Source: Ruminobacter sp. | GTDB lineage: Bacteria; Pseudomonadota; Gammaproteobacteria; Enterobacterales; Succinivibrionaceae | DNA: 64,000 bases | Direction: 5' to 3' | Assembly: GCA_036311285.1 (NCBI GenBank) | Contig: JAXJQF010000006.1 | Coordinates: 6,144 to 70,143, forward strand | Shown: one piece after another, positions 47,642 through 58,380 of the stretch | How positions within the stretch are numbered: position 1 is the stretch's first letter | How the letters are laid out: each line of letters opens with the position of its first letter | The notes under the pieces: model-generated | What the model saw: the letters and a program-made list of their open reading frames with translations, nothing else | Told to the model about the DNA's origin: nothing | Databases searched by the model: none | Translations under genes and position numbers: made by a program

Positions 47642-47658
47642 AGAAAAGGAAATTTATC

Positions 47659-48378
47659 ATGGCAAAAGTAACAGTTCGCGAAATGCTTGAAGCAGGCGTT
47701 CATTTTGGTCACAAGACACGTTATTGGAATCCTAAGATGAAACAATACATCTATGGTTCACGTAACGGTGTACATATCATCAACTTAGATAAGACAGCTG
47801 CATGTTTTAACGATGCTTTAAACTTTATTAGCAACAAAGTTGCTCATAAGGGTAAGGTATTATTCGTTGGTACAAAGCGTGCTGCTTCTGAACAAGTTAA
47901 AGAAGCTGCTTTAAGTTGTGGTCAATACTATGTTAACCACCGTTGGTTAGGTGGTATGCTTACTAACTGGAAGACAGTTAAGCAATCTATCAACCGCTTA
48001 AAGGATTTAGAAAACCAAGCTCAAGACGGTACTTTTGAAAAGTTAACTAAGAAAGAAGCATTAGAACGTTCTCGTGATATGGCTAAGTTAGAAAAGAGCT
48101 TAGGCGGTATCAAGAACATGGGTGGTTTACCAGATGTTATCTTTATCATTGACGCTGAAGTAGAACACATCGCTATCAAAGAAGCTAAGAACTTAGGTAT
48201 CCCAGTTGTAGCTGTAGTTGATACAAACTCATGCCCAGATGACGTTAACTACGTTATCCCTGGTAACGATGACGCTATCCGCGCTGTAAGCTTATACTTA
48301 AATAGCGTAGCTAACACTGTAAACGAAGCACGTGAAGCAATGACTAACGCTCGTGCTAACGAAGCAGAACAAGCTTAA
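47659..48378 (+). CDS. rpsB: 30S ribosomal protein S2
   Basis: [19 protein letters not shown], and conserved throughout. Confidence 0.98.
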   Translation: MAKVTVREMLEAGVHFGHKTRYWNPKMKQYIYGSRNGVHIINLDKTAACFNDALNFISNKVAHKGKVLFVGTKRAASEQVKEAALSCGQYYVNHRWLGGMLTNWKTVKQSINRLKDLENQAQDGTFEKLTKKEALERSRDMAKLEKSLGGIKNMGGLPDVIFIIDAEVEHIAIKEAKNLGIPVVAVVDTNSCPDDVNYVIPGNDDAIRAVSLYLNSVANTVNEAREAMTNARANEAEQA

Positions 48379-48398
48379 TTTATAGTATATTTAAATGG

Positions 48399-48423
48399 AA
48401 GGGTCGGGCTTCCGATCCTTTTT
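48399..48423 (+). terminator. Intercistronic hairpin / attenuator between rpsB and tsf
   Basis: AAGGGTCGG-GCTT-CCGATCCTT (one G-U pair) followed by TTT. Confidence 0.6.
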
Positions 48424-48443
48424 AATCTTAAAAGGAATACAAA

Positions 48444-49346
48444 ATGGCAAATATTACTGCTGCTTTAGTAAAAGAATTACGTGAACGTACCGGCGCTGGT
48501 ATGATGGATTGTAAGAAGGCTTTGGTTGCTGCTGATGGTGATATCGAAAAAGCAATTGACGATATGCGTAAGAACGGTCAAGCAAAGGCTGCTAAGAAGG
48601 CTGGTCGTGTAACTGCAGAAGGTGTTATCGTTTCTGCTGTTAATGGCAACAAGACAATGATTATGGAAGTTAACTGTGAAACTGACTTCGTTGCTAAGGA
48701 TGCAAGCTTTAATGAATTCTGTAACAACGCTGTGAAGATTGCTTTAGACAACAACGTTACTGATATTGAAGCGTTAAAAGCATTAAAGTACACAGATTCA
48801 GAAGATACTGTAGAAGCGACATTAAACAACTTAATCGCTAAGATTGGTGAAAACATGAGCTTACGTCGCATTGCTGTTATTGAAGGCGAAAATGTAGGTT
48901 TATATATCCACGGTAACAAGCGTATCGGTGTTTTAGTTGATATGGTTGGTGGTGATAATGAAGTTGCTAAGGATGTTGCTATGCACATTTGTGGTTGCAC
49001 TCCATTATACGTTAAGCCAGAAGATGTTCCAGCTGAAGAAGTTGAACGCGAACGTCAAGTACAATTAGAAATCGCATTAAAGGAAAATGCAGAATCTTCT
49101 AAGCCAAAGCCACAAGAAATCATTGAAAAGATCATCAATGGTCGTATGGCTAAGTACACTGGTGAAATCTCTTTAACTGAACAAGGTTTTGTTAAGGATC
49201 CAGACATGAAGGTTGGTGCTTTATTAAAGAGCAAGAATGCTTCTGTTAACTCTTTCGTTCGTTTACAAGTTGGTGAAGGTATCGAAAAGGAAGTTGTAGA
49301 TTTTGCTTCTGAAGTTGCTGCTCAAGTTGCTGCTGCAAAGAACTAA
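48444..49346 (+). CDS. tsf: Elongation factor Ts
   Basis: [25 protein letters not shown]-terminal UBA-like domain. Confidence 0.97.
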   Translation: MANITAALVKELRERTGAGMMDCKKALVAADGDIEKAIDDMRKNGQAKAAKKAGRVTAEGVIVSAVNGNKTMIMEVNCETDFVAKDASFNEFCNNAVKIALDNNVTDIEALKALKYTDSEDTVEATLNNLIAKIGENMSLRRIAVIEGENVGLYIHGNKRIGVLVDMVGGDNEVAKDVAMHICGCTPLYVKPEDVPAEEVERERQVQLEIALKENAESSKPKPQEIIEKIINGRMAKYTGEISLTEQGFVKDPDMKVGALLKSKNASVNSFVRLQVGEGIEKEVVDFASEVAAQVAAAKN

Positions 49347-49371
49347 TCTAAGCTTTAAAGATTAAAAAGAT

Positions 49372-49406
49372 AAGAAGGTTTGTAGAAATACAGACCTTCT
49401 TTTTTG
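49372..49406 (+). terminator. Terminator after tsf
   Basis: AAGAAGGTTTGT-AGAAAT-ACAGACCTTCTT followed by TTTT. Confidence 0.8.
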
Positions 49407-49530
49407 TTTATAAATAAAGATAAATTTTACTAAACTCCATAAACTATATTATAATGCTTTCTCAATGTGCAGTATTAGTGGTCTTTAAGAGAATCACATA
49501 CAATATGTAAAATTAAGAGAAGTAACATAT

Positions 49531-50250
49531 ATGAGTGAGCAAATGACATTTAAACGTGTATTATTGAAATTAAGTGGTGAAGCATTAGAAGGCAAAGAAA
49601 GCTTTGGTATTGACCCAGAAGTTCTTCATCGTATGGCAAAAGAAATTAAAGAACTTGTTGATCAAGATATCGAAGTAGGTCTTGTAATCGGTGGTGGAAA
49701 CATCTTCAGAGGTGCAAAATTAGCGCAAGCTGGTTTAAATAGAGTAGTAGGCGACCATATGGGGATGCTAGCAACAGTTATGAATGGCTTGGCTATGAGA
49801 GATGCACTTTATAGAATTGGTGTTCCTACAACTTTAATGTCAGCAATTCCAATGCAAGGCGTTTGTTCTCCTTATTCATGGACTGAAGCTATTCATGAAT
49901 TAAAATCAGGTAGAGTTGTTATTTTATCTGCAGGTACAGGTAATCCTTTCTTTACTACAGACAGTGCAGCTGTTTTAAGAGGTATTGAAATTGATGCCGA
50001 TGTAGTTATCAAGGGTACAAAAGTTGATGGTGTTTATGATTCAGATCCTGCAACTAATCCTAATGCAGTTTTATACCACACATTAAAGTATCAAGAAGTA
50101 GTAGAAAAAGAATTAAAGGTTATGGATTTAGCTGCTTTTGTGTTAGCAAGGGATCACCATATGCCTATAAAAGTATTTAATATGAATAAGCCTAATGCTT
50201 TAGTAAATGTTATTAAGAGCAACGATGAAGGCACATATATTTCAGATTAA
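49531..50250 (+). CDS. pyrH: UMP kinase
   Basis: [21 protein letters not shown] and [12 protein letters not shown]. Confidence 0.96.
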   Translation: MSEQMTFKRVLLKLSGEALEGKESFGIDPEVLHRMAKEIKELVDQDIEVGLVIGGGNIFRGAKLAQAGLNRVVGDHMGMLATVMNGLAMRDALYRIGVPTTLMSAIPMQGVCSPYSWTEAIHELKSGRVVILSAGTGNPFFTTDSAAVLRGIEIDADVVIKGTKVDGVYDSDPATNPNAVLYHTLKYQEVVEKELKVMDLAAFVLARDHHMPIKVFNMNKPNALVNVIKSNDEGTYISD

Positions 50251-50293
50251 TTTAAAGGAATAATGAATATATCATTATTAAGAGGACTTATAA

Positions 50294-50851
50294 ATGATTA
50301 AAGAAATTAGTAATAATGCAAAAGAAAAAATGGGTAAGGCTATTGATGCTTTAAAGAGCAATTTATCTAAGATCAGAACAGGTCGTGCTCAACCCGCAAT
50401 TTTAGATGGTGTAATGGTTGATTACTATGGTTCTCAGACTCCATTACGTCAAGTTGCTCAAGTAAATGTAGAAGACGCTAGAACATTAGCTGTAACTGTA
50501 TTTGATAAATCAGCCGCTACAGCGGTAGAAAAGGCAATAATGAATAGTGGTTTAGGTTTAAACCCAGTTTCAGCAGGTACTTCTATTCGCGTTCCATTAC
50601 CGCCGTTAACAGAAGAAAGAAGAAAGGATTTAATCAAAGTTGTTCGTAATGAAGTTGAACAAATCAAGGTTCAAATCAGAAATATCCGTAGAGATGCTAA
50701 CGCTGATGTTAAGGCTTTATTAAAAGATAAGGAAATATCTGAAGACGAAGATAGAAAGTCACAGGATGATATTCAAAAGTTAACAGATTCATTTGTAAAA
50801 GAATGTGATAAATTGTTAGCAGAAAAAGAAAAAGAATTAATGGAAATTTAA
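50294..50851 (+). CDS. frr: Ribosome recycling factor
   Basis: 185 aa, with [28 protein letters not shown] and IRNIRRDAN. Confidence 0.96.
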   Translation: MIKEISNNAKEKMGKAIDALKSNLSKIRTGRAQPAILDGVMVDYYGSQTPLRQVAQVNVEDARTLAVTVFDKSAATAVEKAIMNSGLGLNPVSAGTSIRVPLPPLTEERRKDLIKVVRNEVEQIKVQIRNIRRDANADVKALLKDKEISEDEDRKSQDDIQKLTDSFVKECDKLLAEKEKELMEI

Positions 50852-50871
50852 TTACATTAATATTTGATTTT

Positions 50872-51609
50872 ATGAGTAGTATTAATTCTGAAGATTTAAT
50901 TTCTGAAGCAGTTAATGTTCCAAGACATGTTGCCATAATTATGGATGGCAACGGTCGTTGGGCTAAGAAACGTGGTTTCATGCGTTTAATTGGTCATAAA
51001 AATGGCGTTAACTCAGTAAGAGATGCTATTTCAACATCTATCGCAGTAGGAGTTAAGCAATTAACTCTTTTTGCGTTTTCATCTGAAAACTGGAAAAGAC
51101 CGAAAGATGAAGTTAGCGGTCTTTTTGAGTTGTTTATGAGCGTCTTAGAAAAAGAAATCGTCCAATTAAACAAAAACAATATTCGTCTTAGAGTCGTAGG
51201 TGATTGTAGTAAATTTTCAGATAAGTTGAATAAAGCAATAGCTAAAGCTGAGGAACTTACTAAAGATAATACAGCTCTAATTGTTAATATTGCTGCCAAT
51301 TATGGTGGCAAATGGGATGTAGTCCAAGCTGTTAATAAGTTTATTACAGAGAATCCTAACAAACAAATAACAGAGCAAGATATAGCTAATAGATTAGTTG
51401 TGTTGGATGATGTTGATTTGTTAATTCGTACGGGTGGAGAGTTTAGAATCAGTAATTTCTTATTATGGCAAGTAGCTTATGGCGAATTATATGTTACAGA
51501 CGTTTTATGGCCAGATTTTAATAAAGAAGTATATTTAGAGGCTGTTTCTAATTATTTAAAGAGAGAACGTCGATTCGGGTGTACTAGTGACCAGCTAGTA
51601 ACCAAATAA
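50872..51609 (+). CDS. uppS: Ditrans,polycis-undecaprenyl-diphosphate synthase
   Basis: RHVAIIMDGNGRWAK, FAFSSENW.RP and RTGGEFRISNFLLWQ.AY.EL. Confidence 0.95.
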   Translation: MSSINSEDLISEAVNVPRHVAIIMDGNGRWAKKRGFMRLIGHKNGVNSVRDAISTSIAVGVKQLTLFAFSSENWKRPKDEVSGLFELFMSVLEKEIVQLNKNNIRLRVVGDCSKFSDKLNKAIAKAEELTKDNTALIVNIAANYGGKWDVVQAVNKFITENPNKQITEQDIANRLVVLDDVDLLIRTGGEFRISNFLLWQVAYGELYVTDVLWPDFNKEVYLEAVSNYLKRERRFGCTSDQLVTK

Positions 51610-51641
51610 TATGTAATAAACAAAACAGCAAGGTAAAAAAT

Positions 51642-52667
51642 ATGAAACAACGTATTATTACAGGTGTTATTTTAATTTTATTGGCTTTTTTTTGGATTTA
51701 TACACCTTCATGTGAGTCATTGTTGTCTAAAGTTGGTCTTGTAACTCACCTTAGTCTTATTCCATTCTTTTTCTTTATAATTGGTCTATGTGTGATTTTA
51801 TCTGTTTCAACATACGAATTTTTACAATTTATTTTACCTAAAAAGATAGAGTATGATGAAAATAATCAATTGACTAAAGCTTCAAGGTTAAGAAGCTTAT
51901 TTAGAGTGTTTGTAATTGAAGTTGTAGGATTGTTTATTTTCTTATATTTTATTTGCTTTAATGGTTTCGGTTTTGCTTATGAAATCGCAACAGAATGGGC
52001 TAGACCACAAAATCTATTTACAAACTTACATGGTCACGATATCTATAAATATATCTTATGTTTAAGCGTTGTTCTATGGTTAGTAAATGCTGTGTTAGTA
52101 ATGACGTATCCAAAATCTAAAGTTATCGTGTCAAATATGTTTTTTAAGTTGTTTAGCTTTTTCATAATTTTTGCCTCATTCGCGTTATCTGCTTTAGTTT
52201 TAAGATTTTCAGGTTATAAGACAGACCCATACATGGGAAGTAACATTATTTTATCTGTAATGATTTTAGTATGGTGTGCAGATAGTGGGGCTTATTTTGT
52301 TGGTAGAGCTATTGGTAAACACAAGATGTCTCCAAATGTTAGTCCTAATAAGACTATTGAAGGTTTATTAGGTGGAGTTGTTTGTTCGTTAATTGCTTTT
52401 GTTATTTTAGAAAAACTCAACATGTTTGGAACAGAAGGTTATAGCTCAAATTTATATGCTTTAACTTTTGCGGCTGTATGTACAGTGATTATATCTGTAT
52501 TTGGAGACTTAATGGAAAGCGTGTTTAAGAGAGAAGCTGGAATTAAAGACTCTGGAGTGATTTTCCCCGGTCATGGAGGTATGCTAGACCGTTTAGATTC
52601 TGTATATGCAGCTTTTCCAATGTTTATTATGAGTTACGCTTTATTTGAATTAGTTGTAGGTAAGTAA
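51642..52667 (+). CDS. cdsA: Phosphatidate cytidylyltransferase
   Basis: CTP-transferase signature SVFKREAGIKDSGVIFPGHGGMLDRLDS, and SPNKTIEG. At 341 aa it is longer than the roughly 285-aa enteric protein. Confidence 0.9.
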   Translation: MKQRIITGVILILLAFFWIYTPSCESLLSKVGLVTHLSLIPFFFFIIGLCVILSVSTYEFLQFILPKKIEYDENNQLTKASRLRSLFRVFVIEVVGLFIFLYFICFNGFGFAYEIATEWARPQNLFTNLHGHDIYKYILCLSVVLWLVNAVLVMTYPKSKVIVSNMFFKLFSFFIIFASFALSALVLRFSGYKTDPYMGSNIILSVMILVWCADSGAYFVGRAIGKHKMSPNVSPNKTIEGLLGGVVCSLIAFVILEKLNMFGTEGYSSNLYALTFAAVCTVIISVFGDLMESVFKREAGIKDSGVIFPGHGGMLDRLDSVYAAFPMFIMSYALFELVVGK

Positions 52668-52668
52668 A

Positions 52669-53859
52669 ATGAATAAGATTGCATTGTTAGGAGCAACAGG
52701 CTCAATTGGAAATAGTACTTTAGATGTGATCATAAAAAATCCAGATCAGTACGAGCTTTACGCTGCAACAGGTAGTTCAAATAGCGTAAAGATGATTGAA
52801 ATCGTAAAGGAGTTCAATCCGAAAGTAGTTGTAATGAACGATGAAAGAGCATATACCCAAGTTAAGGAGTTTGTTAAGGACAATTCATTAAAGGTTGATG
52901 TTCTTTGTGGTGAAGAGCATTTATGTGCTGTAGCATCTTCTGAAGAATACGATAGTGTTATGTCTGCAATTGTAGGTGCAGCGGGTTTAAAGCCTACAAT
53001 TGCAGCAGCTTCTATGGGGAAGACTATTTATTTAGCAAACAAAGAAGCATTAGTAACAAGTGGTCATATTTTATTAAAAACAGTTCATCGTTATAAGGCA
53101 AAGTTATTACCTGTTGATAGTGAACACAATGCAATTTTCCAATGCTTACCAATTGAAGAACAAGAGAGAATGGGGTATTGCCAATTAAAGGAAGCAGGTG
53201 TTGATAAGATTTTATTAACAGGTTCAGGTGGTCCATTTAGAGATAGAGATTTAAATTTATTCTCTTCAATTACTCCAGAAGAAGCAGTAAAGCATCCTAA
53301 TTGGAGTATGGGAAAGAAAATCAGTGTTGATAGTGCAACGATGATGAATAAGGGGTTAGAGTTTATAGAAGCAAAATGGTTGTTTAACTGTACACCAGAA
53401 GATATTCAAGTAGTTATTCATCCTGAATCTGTTATTCATTCTATGGTTCAATATATCGATGGTTCTGTTATAGCTCAAATGGGTGAACCTGATATGAGAA
53501 CTCCTATAGCTCGAGCTATGGCTTGGCCAAATAGAGTTAACTCAGGTGTAGGTAATCTAAATTTTAGTACCTTGAAGAGTCTTACATTTAGAGATGTTGA
53601 TTATAATCGTTACCCATGTTTAAAACTTGCAATTGAGGCGTGTTTTACATCTCAAGCTATGACAACGGCTTTAAATGCTGCTAATGAAGTAGCAGTAGCA
53701 AGCTTCTTAGACGGTAAGATTAAATTTACTGATATCTATGAGATTTGTGCAAAGGTTGCATCAAGTTTCTCTCATTTAGATGCGAATGACTTAGAATCTA
53801 TCTTAGAAATAGATACTCAAGCAAGAGCAAGAGCGTTTCAAGTTCTCTGTAACTATTAA
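52669..53859 (+). CDS. dxr: 1-deoxy-D-xylulose 5-phosphate reductoisomerase
   Basis: LLGATGSIGNSTLDV, LANKEALV, VDSEHNAIFQCL, TGSGGPFR and MNKGLE.IEA. Confidence 0.96.
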   Translation: MNKIALLGATGSIGNSTLDVIIKNPDQYELYAATGSSNSVKMIEIVKEFNPKVVVMNDERAYTQVKEFVKDNSLKVDVLCGEEHLCAVASSEEYDSVMSAIVGAAGLKPTIAAASMGKTIYLANKEALVTSGHILLKTVHRYKAKLLPVDSEHNAIFQCLPIEEQERMGYCQLKEAGVDKILLTGSGGPFRDRDLNLFSSITPEEAVKHPNWSMGKKISVDSATMMNKGLEFIEAKWLFNCTPEDIQVVIHPESVIHSMVQYIDGSVIAQMGEPDMRTPIARAMAWPNRVNSGVGNLNFSTLKSLTFRDVDYNRYPCLKLAIEACFTSQAMTTALNAANEVAVASFLDGKIKFTDIYEICAKVASSFSHLDANDLESILEIDTQARARAFQVLCNY

Positions 53860-53871
53860 AAGGAATAATTT

Positions 53872-55242
53872 GTGGATATTTTAGGTAACATTGTATATTT
53901 CTTAATTGCAATAGTCTTATTGATATTAATACATGAATTAGGCCATTTTATAGTTGCTAGATTATGTGGTGTTTATGTCGAAAGATTCTCGTTAGGCTTT
54001 GGTCCAGTTATTTATTCATATAAAGGTTCAAATGGGACAGAGTATTCTTTATCATTACTTCCGTTGGGTGGATATGTAAAAATGTATGGAGAATCTGTTG
54101 ATAGTGAACAAGTTTTAATAAGTGAAGAGAATAAGAAAAAGTCTTTTTCTCACAAGAGAGTTTGGCAAAGATTTTTAATAGTTGGGGCTGGGCCTTTCTT
54201 TAATATTGTTTTAGCTTGGATTTTGTATAGTATTGTATTTTTCTATGGTATTGACGCGGCTAAACCAATTGTAAATGTTGAAGCAAATTCTGTTGCACAA
54301 AAAGCTGGTTTTAAAACAAACGACCAAATAGTCTCAATTAACAATGTAAATGTAAGTGATTGGGAAGAAACTTTATATGAATTAATTGGTCATTCAGGTG
54401 AAAAAAGCGTTGAGGTTCAAGTAAAGGGGAATTTGGGTAAGGATAGCCTAAGAAATATAATTTTGCCTTTAGATGCTTTTTCTATTGATCCTGAAAAGCA
54501 AGATGTTTTAAAAGATCTTGGTTTAGATGTAAAGTATGTTGAAGTATATGATGAAATAGGGCATGTAGAAAAGAATAGCCCTGCTGAAAAAGCTAGTCTT
54601 GAAGTTGGCGATAAAATTAAATCATATAATGCAATTAATTATACAACCTGGAATGAATTTACTAGTTATATCAAGACTCATCCTAACGAAGAGATATTCT
54701 TAGAGGTTTATAAGGGCAACGATGATGTAAATGCAATTATTAAGACCTTGGTTCCTGAGTTACGTGAAGTTAATGACAAGGAAATCGGTTTTGCAGGTAT
54801 CGCTCCTAAAGTTAAAAGAATTGAAGAAGTGTACTTTACAAAACAATATCCTTTTGGTGAGGCAATTATAAAGGGTGCTCAAAAGACCGGTCACATGAGT
54901 TGTGTTACTTTAAATTTCATAACTAAATTTATTACTGGTGACATTTCTCATAAGAATGTGTCAGGTCCTATTGGTATTGCAAAGGGGGCAGGTATGACTG
55001 CCCGTATAAGTTTTGTTGTTTATCTAAGTTTTTTAGCTTTAATTAGTGTAAACTTAGGTGTTTTAAATTTACTGCCTGTTCCTGTACTAGATGGTGGTCA
55101 TCTATTATTCTATATAGTAGAAGCAATTAGAGGTAAACCGCTATCAGAGAAACTAATGAATGTACTTTTAAAAATAGGCATGTTTTTATTGTTGATGTTG
55201 ATGTCGTTATCTATTTTTAACGATATCGTATTTAATATATAA
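53872..55242 (+). CDS. rseP: Site-2 protease RseP (sigma-E regulator)
   Basis: GTG start with AAGGA 7 nt upstream. HELGH zinc motif (LIHELGHFIVA), PDZ region, and NLLPVPVLDGGH. Confidence 0.93.
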   Translation: MDILGNIVYFLIAIVLLILIHELGHFIVARLCGVYVERFSLGFGPVIYSYKGSNGTEYSLSLLPLGGYVKMYGESVDSEQVLISEENKKKSFSHKRVWQRFLIVGAGPFFNIVLAWILYSIVFFYGIDAAKPIVNVEANSVAQKAGFKTNDQIVSINNVNVSDWEETLYELIGHSGEKSVEVQVKGNLGKDSLRNIILPLDAFSIDPEKQDVLKDLGLDVKYVEVYDEIGHVEKNSPAEKASLEVGDKIKSYNAINYTTWNEFTSYIKTHPNEEIFLEVYKGNDDVNAIIKTLVPELREVNDKEIGFAGIAPKVKRIEEVYFTKQYPFGEAIIKGAQKTGHMSCVTLNFITKFITGDISHKNVSGPIGIAKGAGMTARISFVVYLSFLALISVNLGVLNLLPVPVLDGGHLLFYIVEAIRGKPLSEKLMNVLLKIGMFLLLMLMSLSIFNDIVFNI

Positions 55243-55263
55243 AGAAATAATCAGAGAAATTTA

Positions 55264-57711
55264 ATGACTAATAGAATATTAAAGAAATTAGCCTTATTTG
55301 GATGCGTTGTTGCATCATTAATTGGTAGCTATAATATTGCTTATGCTGCTGATGAAAAGCAATTTTTAATTACAGACATAAATGTAAAAGGGTTGTATAG
55401 AGTAACTAAGGGCGCAGTCTTATTGTCTTTACCTATTAGTGTAGGAGATAGAGTTACTAGAGAAGATATTTCCAAGTCATTAAAGAGTGTTTATCATTCA
55501 TCAAACTTTGATGAAGTTTCTGCAAAAATTACTGATAGTGGGGTATTAACGGTAATAGTTAAAGAAAGACCTACAATCGTAAGCGTTAAGTATGCAGGTA
55601 ATAATAACATCAAAGAAGAACAAATTGACGAAATTATCAAAGCTCAAGGTGTTAAGGTCGGTGAAATATTAAATATTCAAAAACTTCATGAATTAGAGAA
55701 CTCTCTAGAGGATTACTATAACTCTATGGGACGTTATCAAGCTAAGGTTAAGACTATATTAGTTTACCTTCCGAGAAACCGTGTAGACGTAAAGTTTAGC
55801 TTTACTGAAGGTGTTCGAGCAGAAATTGAACAAATCAACATTGTTGGTAACAAAGTGTTTACAGAGTCGAAACTATTAAGTTTATTGGAATTAAGAGATA
55901 GTGTGCCTTGGTGGAACTTTATTGCTGATAGAAAGTTTGAAGCTCAAAAGTTTAATGCTGACTTAGAAACATTACGCTCATATTATATGAATCGCGGTTA
56001 CGTTCGTTTTAATGTTGATTCTTCTAGAATTGAATTATCTCCAACAAGAAAAGGAGTGTACGTTAGTATTTCAATTTCAGAAGGTGAACAATATAAGCTT
56101 AATAAATTTAAGGTTATTGGTGAAACATTTGGTCATACAAAAGAAATGGAAGCTATTATTCCATTGCTTAAGGATGATATTTATAATGCTGCTCAGATAG
56201 CTCATACAGAAGAAATTTTAGCTAATTTCTTATCTAAATACGGTTACGCGTATACTAAGGTGAGAGCTGTTCCTATTATTGATGATGAAAAGAAAATTGT
56301 TGACTTAAACTTTATGGTTGAGCCTGGTAAACGTATTTATGTAACAGATGTGAAGATTACGGGCAATACTATTACTGTTGATGAGGTTATTCGTCGAGAA
56401 ATTCGTCAAATGGATGGCTCATGGCTATTAAACGAATCAATCAAAGTAAGTAAGAGAAGATTAAATCAATTAGGTTTTTTTGATACTGCTGATGTAACTC
56501 CAAAACCAATTGGTTTTAGTGGAGATACTGTAGAGGTTGTAGCTAATGTTAAAGAAAGACCAACGGGGTCTATTAAAGCTGGTATTGGTTACGGTACAGA
56601 AACAGGTTTATCTTTAAATGGTGAAATCTCACAAGACAATTTCTTAGGTTATGGTGGTAAAGGTTCTATTGGTATCAACACCAATAAGTACAATAGAAAA
56701 ATAGACTTAAGTTATAATGAACCTTTCTTAACTTTAGATGGCGTTTCCTTGGGTGCTAATATTTATCATGAGTATTTCAAAGCAGGGGATGCAAACTTGA
56801 TCGATTATAAGAACAAGAAATATGGTCTAAATGTTACTCTTGGTTATCCTTTAGATGAACATAAGTTTATAAGCTATTTTGTTGGTTATGAGCATAACCA
56901 AATTTCTCAAGTTAACTCTTTCTATCAAGTGCAAAAGTTCTGGGATATTTATATTGAAAATAGAAGACATTCTGGAGAAGTAGTTTTTGAAAACTTTGAT
57001 ACAGGTGTTAACTTTACTAGAAATTATTTAGATAGAGGCGTTTTCCCAACAGAGGGGAATAAGCAACGTTTAAACTTTATGTTTACAATACCGGGTTCCG
57101 ATACTCAATACTATAAGGTTGGAGGGGATACTACTCACTTTTTCCCTCTTGATAGAAATCGTAGATTTATCTTTAATGTACGTGGTAAAGTTGCTTATGG
57201 TAATGGTTATGGCACAAAGAACGGTTATGACCAAATACTTCCATTCTTTGAAAACTACTACTTAGGTGGTGATGAATGGTTAAGAGGTTTTAAATATAAC
57301 TCGGCAGGTCCAAAGGCTTTATATTTTGCTAACATCAATGGTAATAACTATACAATGCCTACAGATGGAGCTGTAGGTGGTAACGCTATTGCAGCTGCAA
57401 GCTTCCAATTAATTGTCCCTACACCATTTGCAAGTGAAGGTTCAGAAAATTCTGTAAGAACATCATTATTCTTTGATATAGGTTCGGTATGGGATACTAC
57501 TTTTGATAAAGATTTATTACCTCCAACATTAGGTAATAACGGTTATTTGTATGATTATAGCGACTATAAAAAATATAGAGCTTCTGCTGGTTTGACTTTT
57601 ATTTGGATGTCTCCAATGGGGCCTTTAGGGTTCTCTTTAGCTAAACCAGTGAAAGAATATGATGGTGATGATACAGAGTTTTTCAGTTTCACAATGGGTA
57701 GAACGTTCTAA
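55264..57711 (+). CDS. bamA: Outer membrane protein assembly factor BamA
   Basis: Signal peptide ...SYNIAYA|AD, POTRA repeats, an Omp85 beta-barrel, and a terminal aromatic residue (...GRTF). Confidence 0.95.
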   Translation: MTNRILKKLALFGCVVASLIGSYNIAYAADEKQFLITDINVKGLYRVTKGAVLLSLPISVGDRVTREDISKSLKSVYHSSNFDEVSAKITDSGVLTVIVKERPTIVSVKYAGNNNIKEEQIDEIIKAQGVKVGEILNIQKLHELENSLEDYYNSMGRYQAKVKTILVYLPRNRVDVKFSFTEGVRAEIEQINIVGNKVFTESKLLSLLELRDSVPWWNFIADRKFEAQKFNADLETLRSYYMNRGYVRFNVDSSRIELSPTRKGVYVSISISEGEQYKLNKFKVIGETFGHTKEMEAIIPLLKDDIYNAAQIAHTEEILANFLSKYGYAYTKVRAVPIIDDEKKIVDLNFMVEPGKRIYVTDVKITGNTITVDEVIRREIRQMDGSWLLNESIKVSKRRLNQLGFFDTADVTPKPIGFSGDTVEVVANVKERPTGSIKAGIGYGTETGLSLNGEISQDNFLGYGGKGSIGINTNKYNRKIDLSYNEPFLTLDGVSLGANIYHEYFKAGDANLIDYKNKKYGLNVTLGYPLDEHKFISYFVGYEHNQISQVNSFYQVQKFWDIYIENRRHSGEVVFENFDTGVNFTRNYLDRGVFPTEGNKQRLNFMFTIPGSDTQYYKVGGDTTHFFPLDRNRRFIFNVRGKVAYGNGYGTKNGYDQILPFFENYYLGGDEWLRGFKYNSAGPKALYFANINGNNYTMPTDGAVGGNAIAAASFQLIVPTPFASEGSENSVRTSLFFDIGSVWDTTFDKDLLPPTLGNNGYLYDYSDYKKYRASAGLTFIWMSPMGPLGFSLAKPVKEYDGDDTEFFSFTMGRTF

Positions 57712-57839
57712 GATATAAGCAAAATAGTTTATATTTGTGAATGATTAAATGAATATTATTGTAAAGAATTGTATAATAGTTAGATTATAATGTAATATGC
57801 ATTTTATATATAAAAAAATAAAGTTTTAGGAGTATGAAC

Positions 57840-58352
57840 ATGAAGAAGATTTTATCTGTAGCAGCTTTATCTGCAGCAATGTTGTTATCAAGTGTTTCAG
57901 TTGCAAATGCCGCAGAAACAAAGATTGGTGTTTATAATCATAATTACGTGCTTTCAAGCATTCCTCAAATTAAGGCGATGGAAGATAAGGTAAAGAAAGC
58001 AGTTGGTTCTAAGCAAAAACAAGCAGAAAAGTTAAATAATGAACTAGTTGCTCTTGATAAGACTTTAAGAGATCCAAATGTTGCTAGTGATGTAAAAGCA
58101 AAGGCTCAACGTGATTTTCAATTAAAGAAGACAGAATTAGATGTAAAGGTTAGTGAAATCAGAGAAGAACAAGCTAAGATTGTTCAAAAAGAAGAAAAGG
58201 TTATCTCTGAAAAGATTACAAAGGCTGTTGAGACTGTTGCAAAGGCAAAAGGTTTAACTATTGTTTTACAAGCTCATGCGGTTGTTCATATGACAGATAC
58301 TTCTTTAGATATTAGCAAAGAAGTTGTTGATATCGTAAGTAAGTCTAAGTAA
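57840..58352 (+). CDS. skp: Periplasmic chaperone Skp (OmpH)
   Basis: Signal peptide MKKILSVAALSAAMLLSSVSVANA|A and a coiled-coil K/E-rich body. AGGAG lies 7 nt before ATG 57840; ATG 57834 is only 1 nt from the SD. Confidence 0.88.
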   Translation: MKKILSVAALSAAMLLSSVSVANAAETKIGVYNHNYVLSSIPQIKAMEDKVKKAVGSKQKQAEKLNNELVALDKTLRDPNVASDVKAKAQRDFQLKKTELDVKVSEIREEQAKIVQKEEKVISEKITKAVETVAKAKGLTIVLQAHAVVHMTDTSLDISKEVVDIVSKSK

Positions 58353-58380
58353 TTTAAATGTTCCTATTTGGAGTTTTTTA

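Noticed and set aside
48578-49000. 140-aa minus-strand ORF inside tsf
   Set aside because: It is antisense to the highly conserved EF-Ts gene; a shadow ORF. The same reasoning applies to the antisense ORFs at 58305-58643 (skp/lpxD), 61947-62318 (rnhB), 50994-51299 (uppS) and 11299-11607 (RND pump).
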